This document shows, in pieces, positions 25,624-37,733 of a stretch of 64,000 nt of DNA. Each line of letters begins with the position of its first letter. The first letter of the stretch is position 1. Origin of the DNA: Marsupella aquatica (lineage: Eukaryota > Plantae > Marchantiophyta); contig OZ316893.1 in NCBI GenBank assembly GCA_973895155.1, positions 2,872,430 to 2,936,429 on the forward strand. The letters run 5' to 3'. Position numbers and translations under genes: made by a program. The notes beneath the pieces were generated by a model. That model was not told where the DNA came from, made no database searches, and worked only from the letters and a program-made list of their open reading frames with translations.

Positions 25624-26775
25624 ATTGGTATCAGAGCATGCTTGGGAGGTGACGTGTGTTCGTGACGGGATTTCATTACGGTTTTTCCAGCGTTGAGTGT
25701 CGGTGGATTTCCCGGAGTTCCGTCGCATGGAACTTGGAGTTTATGGGCTCAACGGATAGATCGGGGCAAGAGCTTTCTAACGGTGTGAAGAAATCGCTGA
25801 ACGGAGCTCGTGGTGCAGAGAGATCTAAGTTTTTGTCGTTCTGGATTTTGTGAAGAAAGTTGGCAATCGACTCGGAGGGAGAAGCGTCAAGTGTTTTGAC
25901 TCAACGGAGAGATTGAGGCAAGACGATTGTTTTGAGTCCGGGATTGGCTCTTTGATGCAAAGAGGAAGGCTAAGCAAAATCAATTACCTTGTTGGACTTG
26001 GTGACGGCACCAAGTGCAATTGATCAACATTCGTTGTTGACAAGGTACCATTTTTTCTCTTTGAAAAACTGATTCGAAATTGGCTATGGCAATTGAGAGA
26101 AATCTGTCATCTTTACCAATTTTTTTCTCCCTTGTTCTTTCCTCGTTTTGGGTGTTTCTTATATCGATCTTCACCGCCTCGGAGTCTAGTTTCCAAATCT
26201 GAAATCAGATCTTGATTTCGTCAAAACCCGAGTGAGATATCTTGCGTTTGGTGTTGAGGGGTACATTCTACCGTGTGTATTTTCTACGCGCGCGACCAGA
26301 TTTCGACGACGAAGGGTGGTAGGGGGTTTTGGGGGTTCGAGGACACGTGTCAGCCCCTCGATTGTTCTTCCAAAATTCCCACAGGGCCTGTACAAGGGTC
26401 ATAGAATATTCCAAAAAACCAGAGAGCTATTTTTTGACCGTCCGACAAAGATTTCATCCGCCAAACGGTAACTTTTTTGGTTATTTTTTGGCGAGGTCGT
26501 AGCCATTGAAGTTGGCAATGCGGCGCACCAATCACATCGTAATTCCGACAACGGGTTGTACTTGGTATTTCGGTTATTCCCTGAGGTGGTCAAAACGGGG
26601 GAGTTTCCCAAGGTTTTACCCACCTCGACCGAAATTTGAATAACTTTTCCGTCAAATTTTGATTTTGATTTCGGTTTTCAGTATTGGACTCCTAGCTTTG
26701 TGGGCTACGCAGCGGTGTTGAGTTTCGAGTTTTTTGAGAAGTTGTGAAAAACAACAATTTTTGTGATTTTCTCAT

Positions 26776-27816
26776 ATGAGTGATTCGGAGGAATTTTTCG
26801 AAGACGTGGAACTTGAAGCACGAGGATCACCGCGGCGGTTTCAGGGGCAGAGAGAGGAGCAGGAGGAAGAGCACGTGACACCGATACCATCACCGGTGCG
26901 GCGTGTGGTGGAGGAAGCAGTACTACTACCGGAGCTCACGGTAGTGCCAAAGAAGAAGATGGGGACTTTCAAGCTTGGGGGACCCAAGTATGAAGTGACA
27001 AAGTATGATGGGCGCTCTGACTACTTGCTATGGGAGAAGCAGGTGAAGGGAGTGCTCTATGCATCAGGGATGGGCCAACTGCTGAGCCCTCGTGAAGACG
27101 ATGTTGATGAGAAACAATGGGACCGCATGCAGGAGCAGGGAGTGTGGTGTGTTACACTCTATCTCATGCCTCCCATCATCAAGCAGTTGGGTGCACATAA
27201 GGATTGCATGTCCTTGTTTGCGGAATTGCAGAGCAAGTATCACCGCAAAGAGTTGTCGAACCGGCTCTACACTTCCTACAAACTCATGAGTTTCAGGATG
27301 AAGGAATCCGGTACAAAGTTGCAAGACCATGTGGATGCTTTCAACGACATGGTCGTTGACTTGGAAAACCTTGGGGAGACTTTGAATGATGAGACGAAGG
27401 CTCTGCAGCTTCTTAGTTCATTGCCTCCATCTTACTAGTCCCTATCACGAGTGTTGTTGCATCGTGATAGGGATACTATTTCATATAATGACGTGGTAAG
27501 TTCTCTGCTTAGTGATGATCTTCAACAGAAGATGCACATCACATCACAGCCTTCATCATCTGGTGCTGCCCTCAATGTTAACCGTGGGAGGGGTATGCAG
27601 CGACCAACTGGGGACCGTAGAACCCAGTTTAGATCTAAATCCAGATCTAAGTCCAAGGGTAAATCCCCTCAGAGGAGGCAGGTGACATGTTGGAAGTGCA
27701 ACCAAGTTGGACACTTCAAGCGAGACTGTAAGGGAAAGGCAGCGGAAACTTCATCGGCAAATGTGGCTAGGGCTGATGGAGAAGCTGATTTACTCAATGA
27801 TGAGTATGTTTTATGA
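26776..27816 (+). pseudogene. gag: Copia Gag with premature TAG at 27436-27438; ends at TGA 27814-27816
   Basis: KYDGRSDYLLWEKQV, LLSSLPPSY*SLSRVLL and zinc knuckle CWKCNQVGHFKRDC. Both halves are in the same frame. Confidence 0.9.
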
Positions 27817-30800
27817 AGCCGGAGGTATGCCCTGTGCACATCATCTAGGAGAGCAGATGATGTGTGGATTCTTGATTGTGCTTGCTCTTTTCATATTTGT
27901 TACATTCGTGAGTTTTTCAGTTCTTACTCTATTTCAAACGGTTCAGTTCTGATGGGAAATGATCACTCCTGTCAAATTGAGGGAATTGGGTCTGTGAAGA
28001 TTCAAATGTTTGATGGCGCTGTGCGCACAGTGTCCGGAGTCAGGTATGTACCTGGCATGCGTAAGAATCTGATTTCACTCGGTGTGTTAGATTCAAATGG
28101 TCATCAATGGAGCGTTATTGATGGTGAACTTCAAGTCAGGTCGGGAGAGACAGTGATTTTGAAGGGGAGTAGACAAAAAAAATTGTATGTGTTACAGGGC
28201 AATACTGTATGTGGAGAGGCCAATGTAACCAAGTCTCACGAGGAGATGACTCAATTGTGGCATTCACGGCTAGGCCACATGAGTAAGAAGGGTTTGACTA
28301 TCTTACGGAAGAATGGACTCAATTCTGATTTGCAATCTTGTAAATTAGAGTTTTGTGAGCATTGCATTCTTGGAAAGCAGCATCGTCATGCTTTTGGTGT
28401 TGGAACTCATCATTCCAAAGCGGTTCTTGAGTACATACATAGTGACGTGTGGGGTCCATCCCCGACTCCCTCACACTCTGGAAAGTTGTACTATATATCA
28501 TTTATTGATGATTACTCAAGATTTGTGTGGATTTATTTCATGACGCATAAGTCTGATGTCTTGTCCATTTTTAAGAAGTGGAAGGCCCAGGTGGAGAATC
28601 AGACTGGAAACACGATCAAGTGTTTGGATACAAGGGTGAAGAGTCTGAGGTCAGACAACGGCGGGGAGTACACTTCAATGGAATTTGAAGAGTATTGTTC
28701 AGAACAGGGGATAACTCGCCATCTCACCACAGTTTATACTCCGCAGCAGAATGGTGTCGCTGAGAGGCTCAATCGGACACTGTTGGAGCGATCACGGAGT
28801 ATGTTGAGCCAATCAGGTTTACCACAAGAATTTTGGGCAGAAGCTGTCAATACCGCAGCTTATTTGGTAAATCTTTCTCCTTCTAGTGCTATCAATTTCA
28901 AAACGCCGTTTGAGATGCGCTATAAGCGGCAAGCAGACTATCATGGCTTGGTAGTTTTTGGAAGTGATGCATATGCTCTCACATCGAAGCAGAATAGGAC
29001 CAAGTTGGATCCTACCTCCAAGAAATGTGTTTTTCTTGGGTACCAGAGTGATGTGAAAGCCTATAGGCTATGGGATCCTATTGCCTGTAAGCTCGTTGTC
29101 AGTAGGGATGTTTCCTTCAATGAATCCAGATTATTGAAGGAGGGGGAGAATACTCAGGTCTCCCGTACTGACAAAGGAAAATCTCTTATCCCGGATCTCG
29201 TTGAGGGGGAGATTGGTTATGAGGTGCATGACCGGAGAGAAGGAGTTGCTCCAATTATGGAGCTGGTTCCTGTGCCAGAGGAACCAGAGGAGTTTGTTGA
29301 TGCTGGTGAGCAGCAAGTGGATGCTGTTGAGCTTCAAATTGTACCAGCACACGCAGATCAACCGGAGTCATCGGCTAGAAGAACATCTGGTCGTACTGTA
29401 CGCGCTCCACCAAGGTATGGACAGTGGGTTGATTCATCTCAACTGCAAGAGGATGATTTTACAACTGATGATGAGGGTGATGCGTTAATTTTGGAAGAAG
29501 GGGAACCTTCTTCATTTCATGAGGCAAGTGCTTCAAAGGAGAAGCAGAAGTGGACTGCAGCAATGCAAACGGAGATGCAGTCACTAAAGGACAACAAAAC
29601 TTGGGAGCTTGTTAAGCTGCCTAAGGGTCAGCAAGTGGTGGACAGCAAGTGGATTTACAAGTTAAAGGATAATTCCATAGGAGGTGGATCGAAGGTCTAC
29701 AAGGCTAGATTGGTAGCAAAGGGATTCACACAAGAGAAAGGTGTGGATTACAATGAGGTCTTCTCACCAGTTGCTAAGTACTCTACAATACGACTATTGT
29801 GTGTACTTGTTGTAATGTTTGGTCTGCTGCTAGATCAGATGGATGTTGTCACAGCTTTCCTCTATGGCACATTGGAAGAGGTGATCTTCATGAGACAACC
29901 GCTAGGTTTTGTGAAGAGAGGACAGGAGGAATTGGTTTGCAGATTGCTGAAATCCTTGTATGGGTTGAAGCAGTCACCAAGACAGTGGAACAAGCGGTTT
30001 GACGATTGGATTCGGTCACAAGGTTTTCACAGAAGTGTATTTGACCCTTGTGTGTATTTGAAATCGGTAAAGAATCTTGTATTTGGGTTCATTGTTTTAG
30101 TACTTTATGTGGATGATATGCTAATTGCAGCCAATGATAGGTCTGAGATTGTTAAGCTCAAGGCACTGCTTAGTGCAGAGTTTAAGATGAAGGACTTAGG
30201 GCCAGCTAAGAAGATTTTGGGTATGGAGATCACTAGGGACTTGGAGGCTGGCAAGCTATGGTTGACGCAGAGCAGTTATGCGAGGAAGGTAATTGCAAGG
30301 TTCAACATGGGGAATAGCAAACCAGTAAGTACCCCGTTGGCTCCACACTTCAAGTTATCATCAGCGTTCTGTCCTACGGATGACACAGAGAAGGGGTTGA
30401 TGTCAAAGGTTCCGTATGACAAGGCAGTGGGGAGTCTCATGTATTTGATGACTTGCACTAGACCTGATCTTGCCATGGCTATGGGCAAGGTGAGCAGGTA
30501 CATGTCGAATCCAGGGAAGGTACACTGGGAAGCAGTGAAGTGGATTATCAGGTACTTGAAGGGTACCGTGGATCATGGTCTTTTATTTGATGCGAATGCA
30601 AAGAATGCTAAATCATTGATTGGCTATGTTGATTCTGACTATGGACAAGATTTGGACCGAAGGAGATCAACAATAGGATACGTGTTCACACTTGGCGGTG
30701 GATGCATAAGTTGGAGGTCTACTTTGCAGAAGTGTATTGCTCAGTCTACTACAGAAGCGGAGTATGTTGCAGCTGCGGAAGCAGCAAAGGAAGCGATTTG

Positions 30801-31089
30801 GTTGGATAGACTTATCACTGAAATGGGATTGCCACAGGGGAATGTGAAGCTCCATTGTGATAGTCAAAGTGCGCTCCACCTTGCTGTGAACCAGGTGATG
30901 GACAGCAGAGTGAAGCACATTGACGTTAGGTACCATTTTATCAGGCAGGCTGTGTCTGATAATTTGTTTGAGCTAGTCAAGATTGATGGTAAACTCAACC
31001 CGGCTGACGCATTTACCAAAGTGATTCTTTTGGAGAGTTTATCTAGACACCGTGACGTATTGCAGGTTTTGCAATTGCATCACAAGTAG
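27817..31089 (+). CDS. pol: Copia Pol (protease, integrase, reverse transcriptase, RNase H)
   Basis: WILDCACSFH (PR), LWHSRLGH and CEHC (GAG-pre-integrase), HSDVWG, SDNGGEY and QNGVAER (INT), KARLVAKG, QMDVVTAFL, LYGLKQSPR and LYVDDM (RT), DSD, TEAEY, CDSQSA and KHID (RH). Confidence 0.95.
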   Translation, partial: SRRYALCTSSRRADDVWILDCACSFHICYIREFFSSYSISNGSVLMGNDHSCQIEGIGSVKIQMFDGAVRTVSGVRYVPGMRKNLISLGVLDSNGHQWSVIDGELQVRSGETVILKGSRQKKLYVLQGNTVCGEANVTKSHEEMTQLWHSRLGHMSKKGLTILRKNGLNSDLQSCKLEFCEHCILGKQHRHAFGVGTHHSKAVLEYIHSDVWGPSPTPSHSGKLYYISFIDDYSRFVWIYFMTHKSDVLSIFKKWKAQVENQTGNTIKCLDTRVKSLRSDNGGEYTSMEFEEYCSEQGITRHLTTVYTPQQNGVAERLNRTLLERSRSMLSQSGLPQEFWAEAVNTAAYLVNLSPSSAINFKTPFEMRYKRQADYHGLVVFGSDAYALTSKQNRTKLDPTSKKCVFLGYQSDVKAYRLWDPIACKLVVSRDVSFNESRLLKEGENTQVSRTDKGKSLIPDLVEGEIGYEVHDRREGVAPIMELVPVPEEPEEFVDAGEQQVDAVELQIVPAHADQPESSARRTSGRTVRAPPRYGQWVDSSQLQEDDFTTDDEGDALILEEGEPSSFHEASASKEKQKWTAAMQTEMQSLKDNKTWELVKLPKGQQVVDSKWIYKLKDNSIGGGSKVYKARLVAKGFTQEKGVDYNEVFSPVAKYSTIRLLCVLVVMFGLLLDQMDVVTAFLYGTLEEVIFMRQPLGFVKRGQEELVCRLLKSLYGLKQSPRQWNKRFDDWIRSQGFHRSVFDPCVYLKSVKNLVFGFIVLVLYVDDMLIAANDRSEIVKLKALLSAEFKMKDLGPAKKILGMEITRDLEAGKLWLTQSSYARKVIARFNMGNSKPVSTPLAPHFKLSSAFCPTDDTEKGLMSKVPYDKAVGSLMYLMTCTRPDLAMAMGKVSRYMSNPGKVHWEAVKWIIRYLKGTVDHGLLFDANAKNAKSLIGYVDSDYGQDLDRRRSTIGYVFTLGGGCISWRSTLQKCIAQSTTEAEYVAAAEAAKEAIWLDRLITEMGLPQGNVKLHCDSQSALHLAVNQVMDSRVKHIDVRYHFIRQAVSDNLFELVKIDGKLNPADAFTKVILLESLSRHRDVLQVLQLHHK

Positions 31090-31279
31090 AGTTTTCTCAA
31101 CATTCATTGTAATTACTGATATATGCTCTTCCTCATTCCTATGTATTAGGCTACGGCTTAGTTCTGGTTTGCTCTAGTTAGAGAGGGAAACCGGTTTGGT
31201 TTTTGTCCAGAACTTCCCGCTGAGGGATCATATACATTGGCAGTATTACTCTCCCCTAGACCAGAGTCAAGGGGAAGAG

Positions 31280-31700
31280 TGTTGGGTATTTACTCTTACG
31301 TTTAGGTTAGGTATGACGTGGTTGGTACAACAATGTGGGTTGGTACAACTATGTGGTTAGGTACAACTACATGATTAGGTACAACTATGTGGTTAGGTAC
31401 AACTACGTGATTAGGTACAACTATGTGGTTAGGTACAACTAAGTTGCACACTATATCATAAGAGGCATGTGTGCTTGGAGAGATAGAACCAAGGCTCATT
31501 GTTATGGAGCCACTTGAGAGATAGGGAGAGCTTACACTGTGGAGACTCGGTATAGCCGACGGGCTTAGAGTTCAGTAAAGCTCTCTTGTGTGTTCCCGTG
31601 GACGTAGCCTCAAGGAGGTGAACCACGTATCTCTTGTGTCGACTATTGTGCGTTGGATGGTTCATGGGCTTGCCGTTGCGATCGTCGTCTATGCTCAACA
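31280..31700 (+). repeat. 3' LTR (421 bp) with 6 full 18-bp units
   Basis: Direct repeat of 25239-25623. Confidence 0.95.
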
Positions 31701-34059
31701 ATTTGCCCAATTTCCCCTTTCACCCTAACCTACTTCAATTAGTTTAGTTCCCTCTAGTGTTTCTGTTATGTGTAAATGTTTGCACACATTCGCTATCAAG
31801 TGAAGTGTGCTACAAGTGATACAAAGAGGTTTTTGGAAGTCAGAGTATCAGTGATTATTTGCCAAAATCAATGGCAAAGATCTGCCCTACATATATCTAA
31901 TGGTTACAATGTGACCATATAAAGATCTTGCTTAGTGGAGACTTCTGAGCATGCCATTATGATAAGTGCCACCTGCCAAAAAATACAAAGCAAACCCTGG
32001 TTCACTCAACCTGCTCAGCAATACTTAGGTGATATTCTTGAACTATATCTTCATTGTGTGTTTCATAACAAACTTAATTTTGCTTTGGTTCCTAAAGAAT
32101 ACTATCTCACTAACTGAATTCTAATTCTTATTAAAAAATATGCATTCTCCCTTGAAATTAATATTATACTGACACCCAAACCTAGATTGTGACATGTGTC
32201 CGTCTATCAAGCATCAGTTAGGTATGGCTTGAGAGGAGGCACATGCATGCAATCAATTTTTAATGTGGCACCGCACATGCTGTAGTATCCTGGCCTGGTT
32301 TAACCTGATGGGTAACTTGATGGTTTGCTAGGCACGTCAAACCGGCAAATGACAGCCCGAAAAGGCCCAATTTGATGGATATTCCACATTATTCTCCCAC
32401 ACTCCCCGGGCTCCCCTGGACCCGAACTTGCCGCCCCACTTCCCCCGGCTCCCGAACCCCTTCCCCCTTCCCCCAGCCGCCGCCCCTCGGACCCCGTCCC
32501 CTTCCCCCGACCATCTTTCCGAGCCCCTAAACCTTCCCCTGGCCGCCGCCCCACTTCCCCCCGGCCCCTGGGGAATCACTCGTTGGATTATTAAAATGGG
32601 GTGCGAACAAATGCAGGTTCTTTTTAATCTTGTTGGTGTAATAATTATAATCAAAAATTTGTTTTAAAAGGCATTTAAAAATCCAATTTTGGTAGAACTA
32701 TTAGTTTTTATATTCAGCAAGGTATTTAAAAATTTGTCAAAGTCATATAATAAAGGGTAAAAGGGTAATTTTAATTGAATTTATTTATTTATTCAAATTT
32801 TATTGGTTTGTTCTCACATGTTTTAGGGGTTTTACTAGAAGTGATTCCGTAGGGCCCCGATCACCAACCCCCGAACCCCATCCCCCTTCTTTCCGACGCC
32901 GATCCCCGAACCCCGATCCCCTTCCTCCAGGGTCGACCCCCGAATCCCCCCATATTTCCATGAGCCCCCGATCCCAGAGCCGACAAACCCTCAACCCCAG
33001 ACCATCAAGTTGGAACCCCGAGCCGGGGTCCAGTGGAGTCCGGGAAGCGTCCGGCAGTCGGGGGAAAGCTCGGGAATGTGGGCGGGGCCGCGGGAAGGGG
33101 GGGGTAGATGGGAAGGGGGCAAGGGGGAAGGTCCGACAGTCGGGGATAGGCGGCCAGGAAAGAAGGGCGGGGTTTGGGGTTCGGGGTTCGGGAAGGTGGC
33201 CAGTGTCCGGGTGGCCGTGTTTTTTTATAATAGCATGTTGGCTCTTATGAAGTCAACCTTGCATGTCCATAAGTTCTACACTAAAACTAAAATGATAACT
33301 CTTGTAAGAAGGGTAGTGGGTATTAATAAAGGTTTAGGTGAAACTAATATATTATTAAATTCTATTTCACTATATTTGCAGATCAACACCTCTCGAAAAC
33401 TAATTTTTCTATGATAGATGATCCTAATATCTCCAAGAAAAAATGAAATATGAATATTATCTGGAAATCTATTTAGATACATGACTTCAATAAAGGACAA
33501 AGACAATGCACTCTCACTCCTCTCGGTGAGACACTACTGAGTATACTATTGGCTCATTAAAACTCATAACAATAGCTGCAAATTGAGCTCCAAAGTGATA
33601 GGTTAAATGTTGCCTCGTAAATAGTTTGTCTAAAAAATTGACTCTAACCAAAAATGGGTTACGAAGGGGAAGATTAGGGATATCTTTCCTCCTGGATTCA
33701 TAATGATTCTCTTGTTCCTTTGCTATCCGGGCCAAATGATGCCCCACCCCTAAGTTCCCAAAGAGACCTTGTTCCCTAAAGTCCCATCTATAAGTCTACC
33801 ATCCATTCTTTGCTATCTGGGCCAAATGATGCCCCATTACTATGTACATACTTAAGGCAAAGAATAGAATAAAAAGATGAAAGAAGAAAAGAGGATCGCT
33901 TTGACGCGGAAATTATCAAAATGTGGGAATGAGGAGATAGTGCTCCTCACCATACTGAATCCAAGAGGGCATGGATTACGCGCAAATGTTTGGATGAAAG
34001 CCAAGTGGTACACATCCAGCTTAGAAATGTGTGCTAGTACTATTGCAATCAAAACAAAT

Positions 34060-34415
34060 GATGCATGCAAGTAAAATAACTAATGCGTGCACCTAAAATA
34101 ATTTGTGTATGCATGCACCTTATGACTTGTATATTTGCTCACCTTGCATGCGCATAAAACAACTAAGGCATGCAATTAAAATAATTTATGCATGCACCTT
34201 ATGGCTTGCACATTTGCTCACCTTGCATGCATTTAAAACAACTAATGCATGCAAATAAAACAATTCGGGCATGCACCTTATGGCTTGCACATTTTCTCAC
34301 CTTGCATGCACATAAAACAACTAATACTTGCAAATAAAAAAATTTGCACATGCATCTAAATAATTTGTGCATGCATCTTGTGGCTTGCATAGTTGTTTAC
34401 CTTGCATACACATAA
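34060..34415 (+). repeat. ~79-bp minisatellite rich in TGCATGCA, ~4 copies
   Basis: ATGCACCTTATG.CTTG.A.ATTT.CTCACCTTGCATGC..ATAAAACAACTAA recurs at about 34113, 34192 and 34271, with a degenerate copy near 34371. Confidence 0.85.
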
Positions 34416-35666
34416 GTAATAATCAAACTATTTAAATAGTTATCTCGTGGTAAAATATAAACCTAATCTACATACTTTAAATAATATACTTAGTGATAGT
34501 GATTTCATCATGAATAATTGAATTATCACGACACCGCGATGATAACAATTGAGAATGAGAACAAGGGACAAAAACCCCTTGGGCCCCCAGCCTTTGTAAA
34601 CTAAAGAGGTATACGTGCGTACACCCCCTCCCTAGTACCCCTTATTATTTTTGGGAGCCTATAAAATTTTCTCTTGTTATTCTTAAAAACTTAATTTTGG
34701 AGAATAAATCTGCCCCTTTGAGATATTATAATTTCACATTTTACACCATTTATGAGAGCCTTGAAAAGTTATAAATTCATCATGTGCAAACGGTTCTAAA
34801 ACTGAAGGGAGTGTTTTGGAGGGGTTTTGGGTACATACATTTTTGTGTTTGTGACCCTTTAACCCCAAACTTCAACTTTGGGGCATTTTTGAACCACAGG
34901 GTAGGGTAGTCAGGGTTCAAAAGCTCCAAAGTCCTAAACTACTCTGAATCATAGATGTTGCAAGCATAATGATATGTCATATACACATGTTCCAATAAAG
35001 GGTGGCCACAAGGACCAATCCTATTGTGACGCGTGTCACATCCATATTACATCACCTCTCAAAGCATATTAACTAGGGCGACATTTATATAAGCCTTTAT
35101 TAGTTAGAAAGGGTTTTTGAATAAAACCATCCCTTGATATTTCTAAGCCAATTATAAAAATTAATCTCAAATCAGATTTTTTGCATCCTTCATCCGTTCG
35201 CACGTCCAGCCCATTATTAATAATGGTGGGGCCCAAGGACAAAAACAGAGGGGGGTTGGAGGCCGGATAGGCGTGTCCCGCGCCCTAAAGGTTGTGAAAT
35301 TTGAAATAGACGGAAATTTTTTGTCCGTCGACAATCGGGGCTAATACATTTCAAGTTCGCCAGAATGGTGATTGACAGACGCGCGGGCTTGCGGGCAGCA
35401 ACATTGGGATTAGTTATAGGCAGAGTCCGGGGCCCCAAGAAGGTTGGGGAGCCTTAAATAATGCGGTGTTGATTTAACCCGGTGTGTTTGACCTGGCCCG
35501 TCAAACTGGGGGATTTTCCCCATCAAACCGTAAATACGTAAACCAGTCTCCTGGAATCGGGGTTCAAGAGGGGTTCGGGAGGCCGGGGAGGGGTTTAGGA
35601 GGTCGGGGAGGCATTTAGGTAGGGTTCGAGAGAGGTTCTGGAGGTTGGGGAGTTCGGGAAGGGTTT

Positions 35667-36015
35667 TGTTAATTAGGATTTACTCTTAGGTCTAGAGTCA
35701 CGACTGCACCATAGTTAAGGCTAACCTTAGTCGCAGACTTGGTTAGGTTAGTCATGCTGTCCACACTCTATAACGAAGCGTTGTTTGCTTGGAGAGTGGG
35801 AACTCAGGCTCATTGTTACGGAGCTAGTTGAGAGATAGAGAGAGCTTGCGCTGTGGATGCTTGGTATGGCCGGTCGGCCTAGAGTGCAATAAAGCTCGTG
35901 TGTGTTCCCGTGGACGTAGCCTCATGAAGAGGTGAACCACGTATCTCTCTGTGTCGACTATTGTGCGTCGGATGGTTCATGGGCTTGCCGTTGCGATCGT
36001 CGTCTATGCTCAACA
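35667..36015 (+). mobile_element. Solo LTR related to the 25.2-31.7 kb Copia family
   Basis: TG...CAACA with 5-bp TSD GGTTT at 35662-35666 and 36016-36020. The 3' half is nearly identical to the Copia LTR (TGTGTTCCCGTGGACGTAGCCTCA...GTCTATGCTCAACA). Confidence 0.9.
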
Positions 36016-37067
36016 GGTTTGGGAGGTTGGGGAGCAGTTCAGGAGGCCGAGTCCGGGCTGGGTTTGGGTGGGTTGGGGCGGGTCGGGAGCCGGGTCGGGT
36101 CGGAAGTCCGTGGACCAGGAGAGTCCGGGGGAATATCGAAGAATATACGTCACACTGGCCGTTTTGGGACCGTCATTTGACAATTTTACGTGCCCGGCAA
36201 GCCGTAAACTTGCCCGTCAAGTTAAACCTGGGATTGTACCCTCTATCTTGTCTGGCTGTTGCATTTTTATGTTTGAGTCCCAGACCGAAACCACCTGTTC
36301 TTTCCTCACAATCCGTTTCTTAATTGAAGCACTAAGGGGTCTCGAACCAATATTTGATTAACATTAACTAAGGACTTAAGGGTAAAGACAGTCACAAGAA
36401 TTTATGTACTACCAAATTCATGATCCATAAAGTTGTGATCATATGCCATGACCATAAATAATTAAGGATTAGTGGTATGCACAAGTCATTAGGGCATCTA
36501 AAAGCTTCCAAATTACATTTGATGGCTTTTGGCCATAAAGGAATCTTCATATTAAATTTGCAAGGATATGTACTAAAGGATTTCAAATTTTATTTCAATG
36601 TCTAGCCTCAGTCTACAGTGACTAATTGTAATAGCATGCAACCAATCTTCATGGCAAAAAGCAGGGCAAAAAGTTATGGACTATGAATATGATGGTAATA
36701 TGGTGGTCCTTAGCTTTTTTTTGTCCTTATCCTGTATCTAGGGAATTAAGGTCCATCAAATTATGAGCTTTGAGACACCTCTATCGTGAAAAACACTTTT
36801 ACACTACCATGAGAAACAGCTATAATGGTTATTTATGTATGACCATAAACCATTAACTCCTATAATACACAGTTGCGACACTTTTTAGAGTGGTCATCAT
36901 TCAAATTTGGAGGGCACGGAAATTTTAAAAATCTGACTAAAAGAAGGAATAACCAAAATTCTGAAGGTTTCCAAGGAGTTAACAAATGAAAAAAATACAA
37001 AGACAAAAAACATTCTTAACTGGTGATACTTTATGGTTGTTGTTCTTATTTTTTGCGCCCTTTCTGC

Positions 37068-37733
37068 ACGACATTTTTTTATTAAGAACATCTTGGGCGA
37101 TATCACATCTTTTTTTCTTAACGGCATCTTGGGTGACACAACATCTTTTTTTCTTAATGTTGCCATCTTAGATGACATGATATCTTTTTTCTTAATAACA
37201 TCTTGGGGCACATGACATCTTTTTTTCTTAATGTTGCCATCTTAGATGACATGATATCTTTTTTCTTAATAACATCTTGGGGCACATGACATCTTTTTTT
37301 CTTAACAACATCTTTAGGTACAACACATCTTTGTTTTCATGATATCTTTTGTGCAACAACTTCTTGGTTGACACGACATCTTTTGTTCTCACCGACATCT
37401 TGGCTGACACAACATCTTCCTTCTCAACGACCTCTTGGCGGACACGACATCTTTTGTTCTCAACAACCTCTTGGCCGACACGACTCTTTTATGATCATCG
37501 GCATCTTGGCTAACACAACATCTTTTGTTCTCACATCTTGGGCCACACGACATTTTCTTCTCAATGACCTCTTGGCCGACACTACATTTTCTTCTCAATA
37601 ACCTCTTGACTGACACGATATTTTTATTCTCACAACCTCTTGGCCGACACAATCTCTTTTGTTCTCAACAATATCGGGAACGACATCTTGGCCGTCACGA
37701 CATCTTTTGTGCAATGCACGAGCATTGGGCTAG
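37068..37733 (+). mobile_element. ~36-bp satellite array ending in a Helitron-like 3' terminus
   Basis: Repeated ACATCTTTTTTTCTTAACRACATCTTGGGYGACAC, then hairpin GTGCAATGCAC, then CTAG|T at 37730-37734. Confidence 0.65.

Larger units (their letters stand above)
25239..31700 (+). mobile_element. Full-length Ty1/Copia LTR retrotransposon (Tnt1/Tork-like)
   Basis: TG...CA LTRs at 25239-25623 and 31280-31700. 5-bp TSD ATTTG at 25234-25238 and 31701-31705. PBS TGGTATCAGAGC at 25626-25637 (iMet tRNA). PPT AAGGGGAAGAG at 31269-31279. Domain order GAG-PR-INT-RT-RH. Confidence 0.98.
32295..36232. mobile_element. Putative non-autonomous DNA transposon with ~110-bp imperfect TIRs and C-rich/G-rich subterminal tracts
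   Basis: 32295-32405 (CCTGGTTTAACCTGATGGGTAAC...GGCACGT...CAAATGAC...ATATTC) is the reverse complement of ~36121-36232. No TSD or transposase was found. Confidence 0.55.

Noticed and set aside
37068-37710. CRISPR-like periodic ~36-bp array
   Set aside because: Units are contiguous degenerate tandem repeats with no unique spacers; there are no cas genes and the context is eukaryotic.
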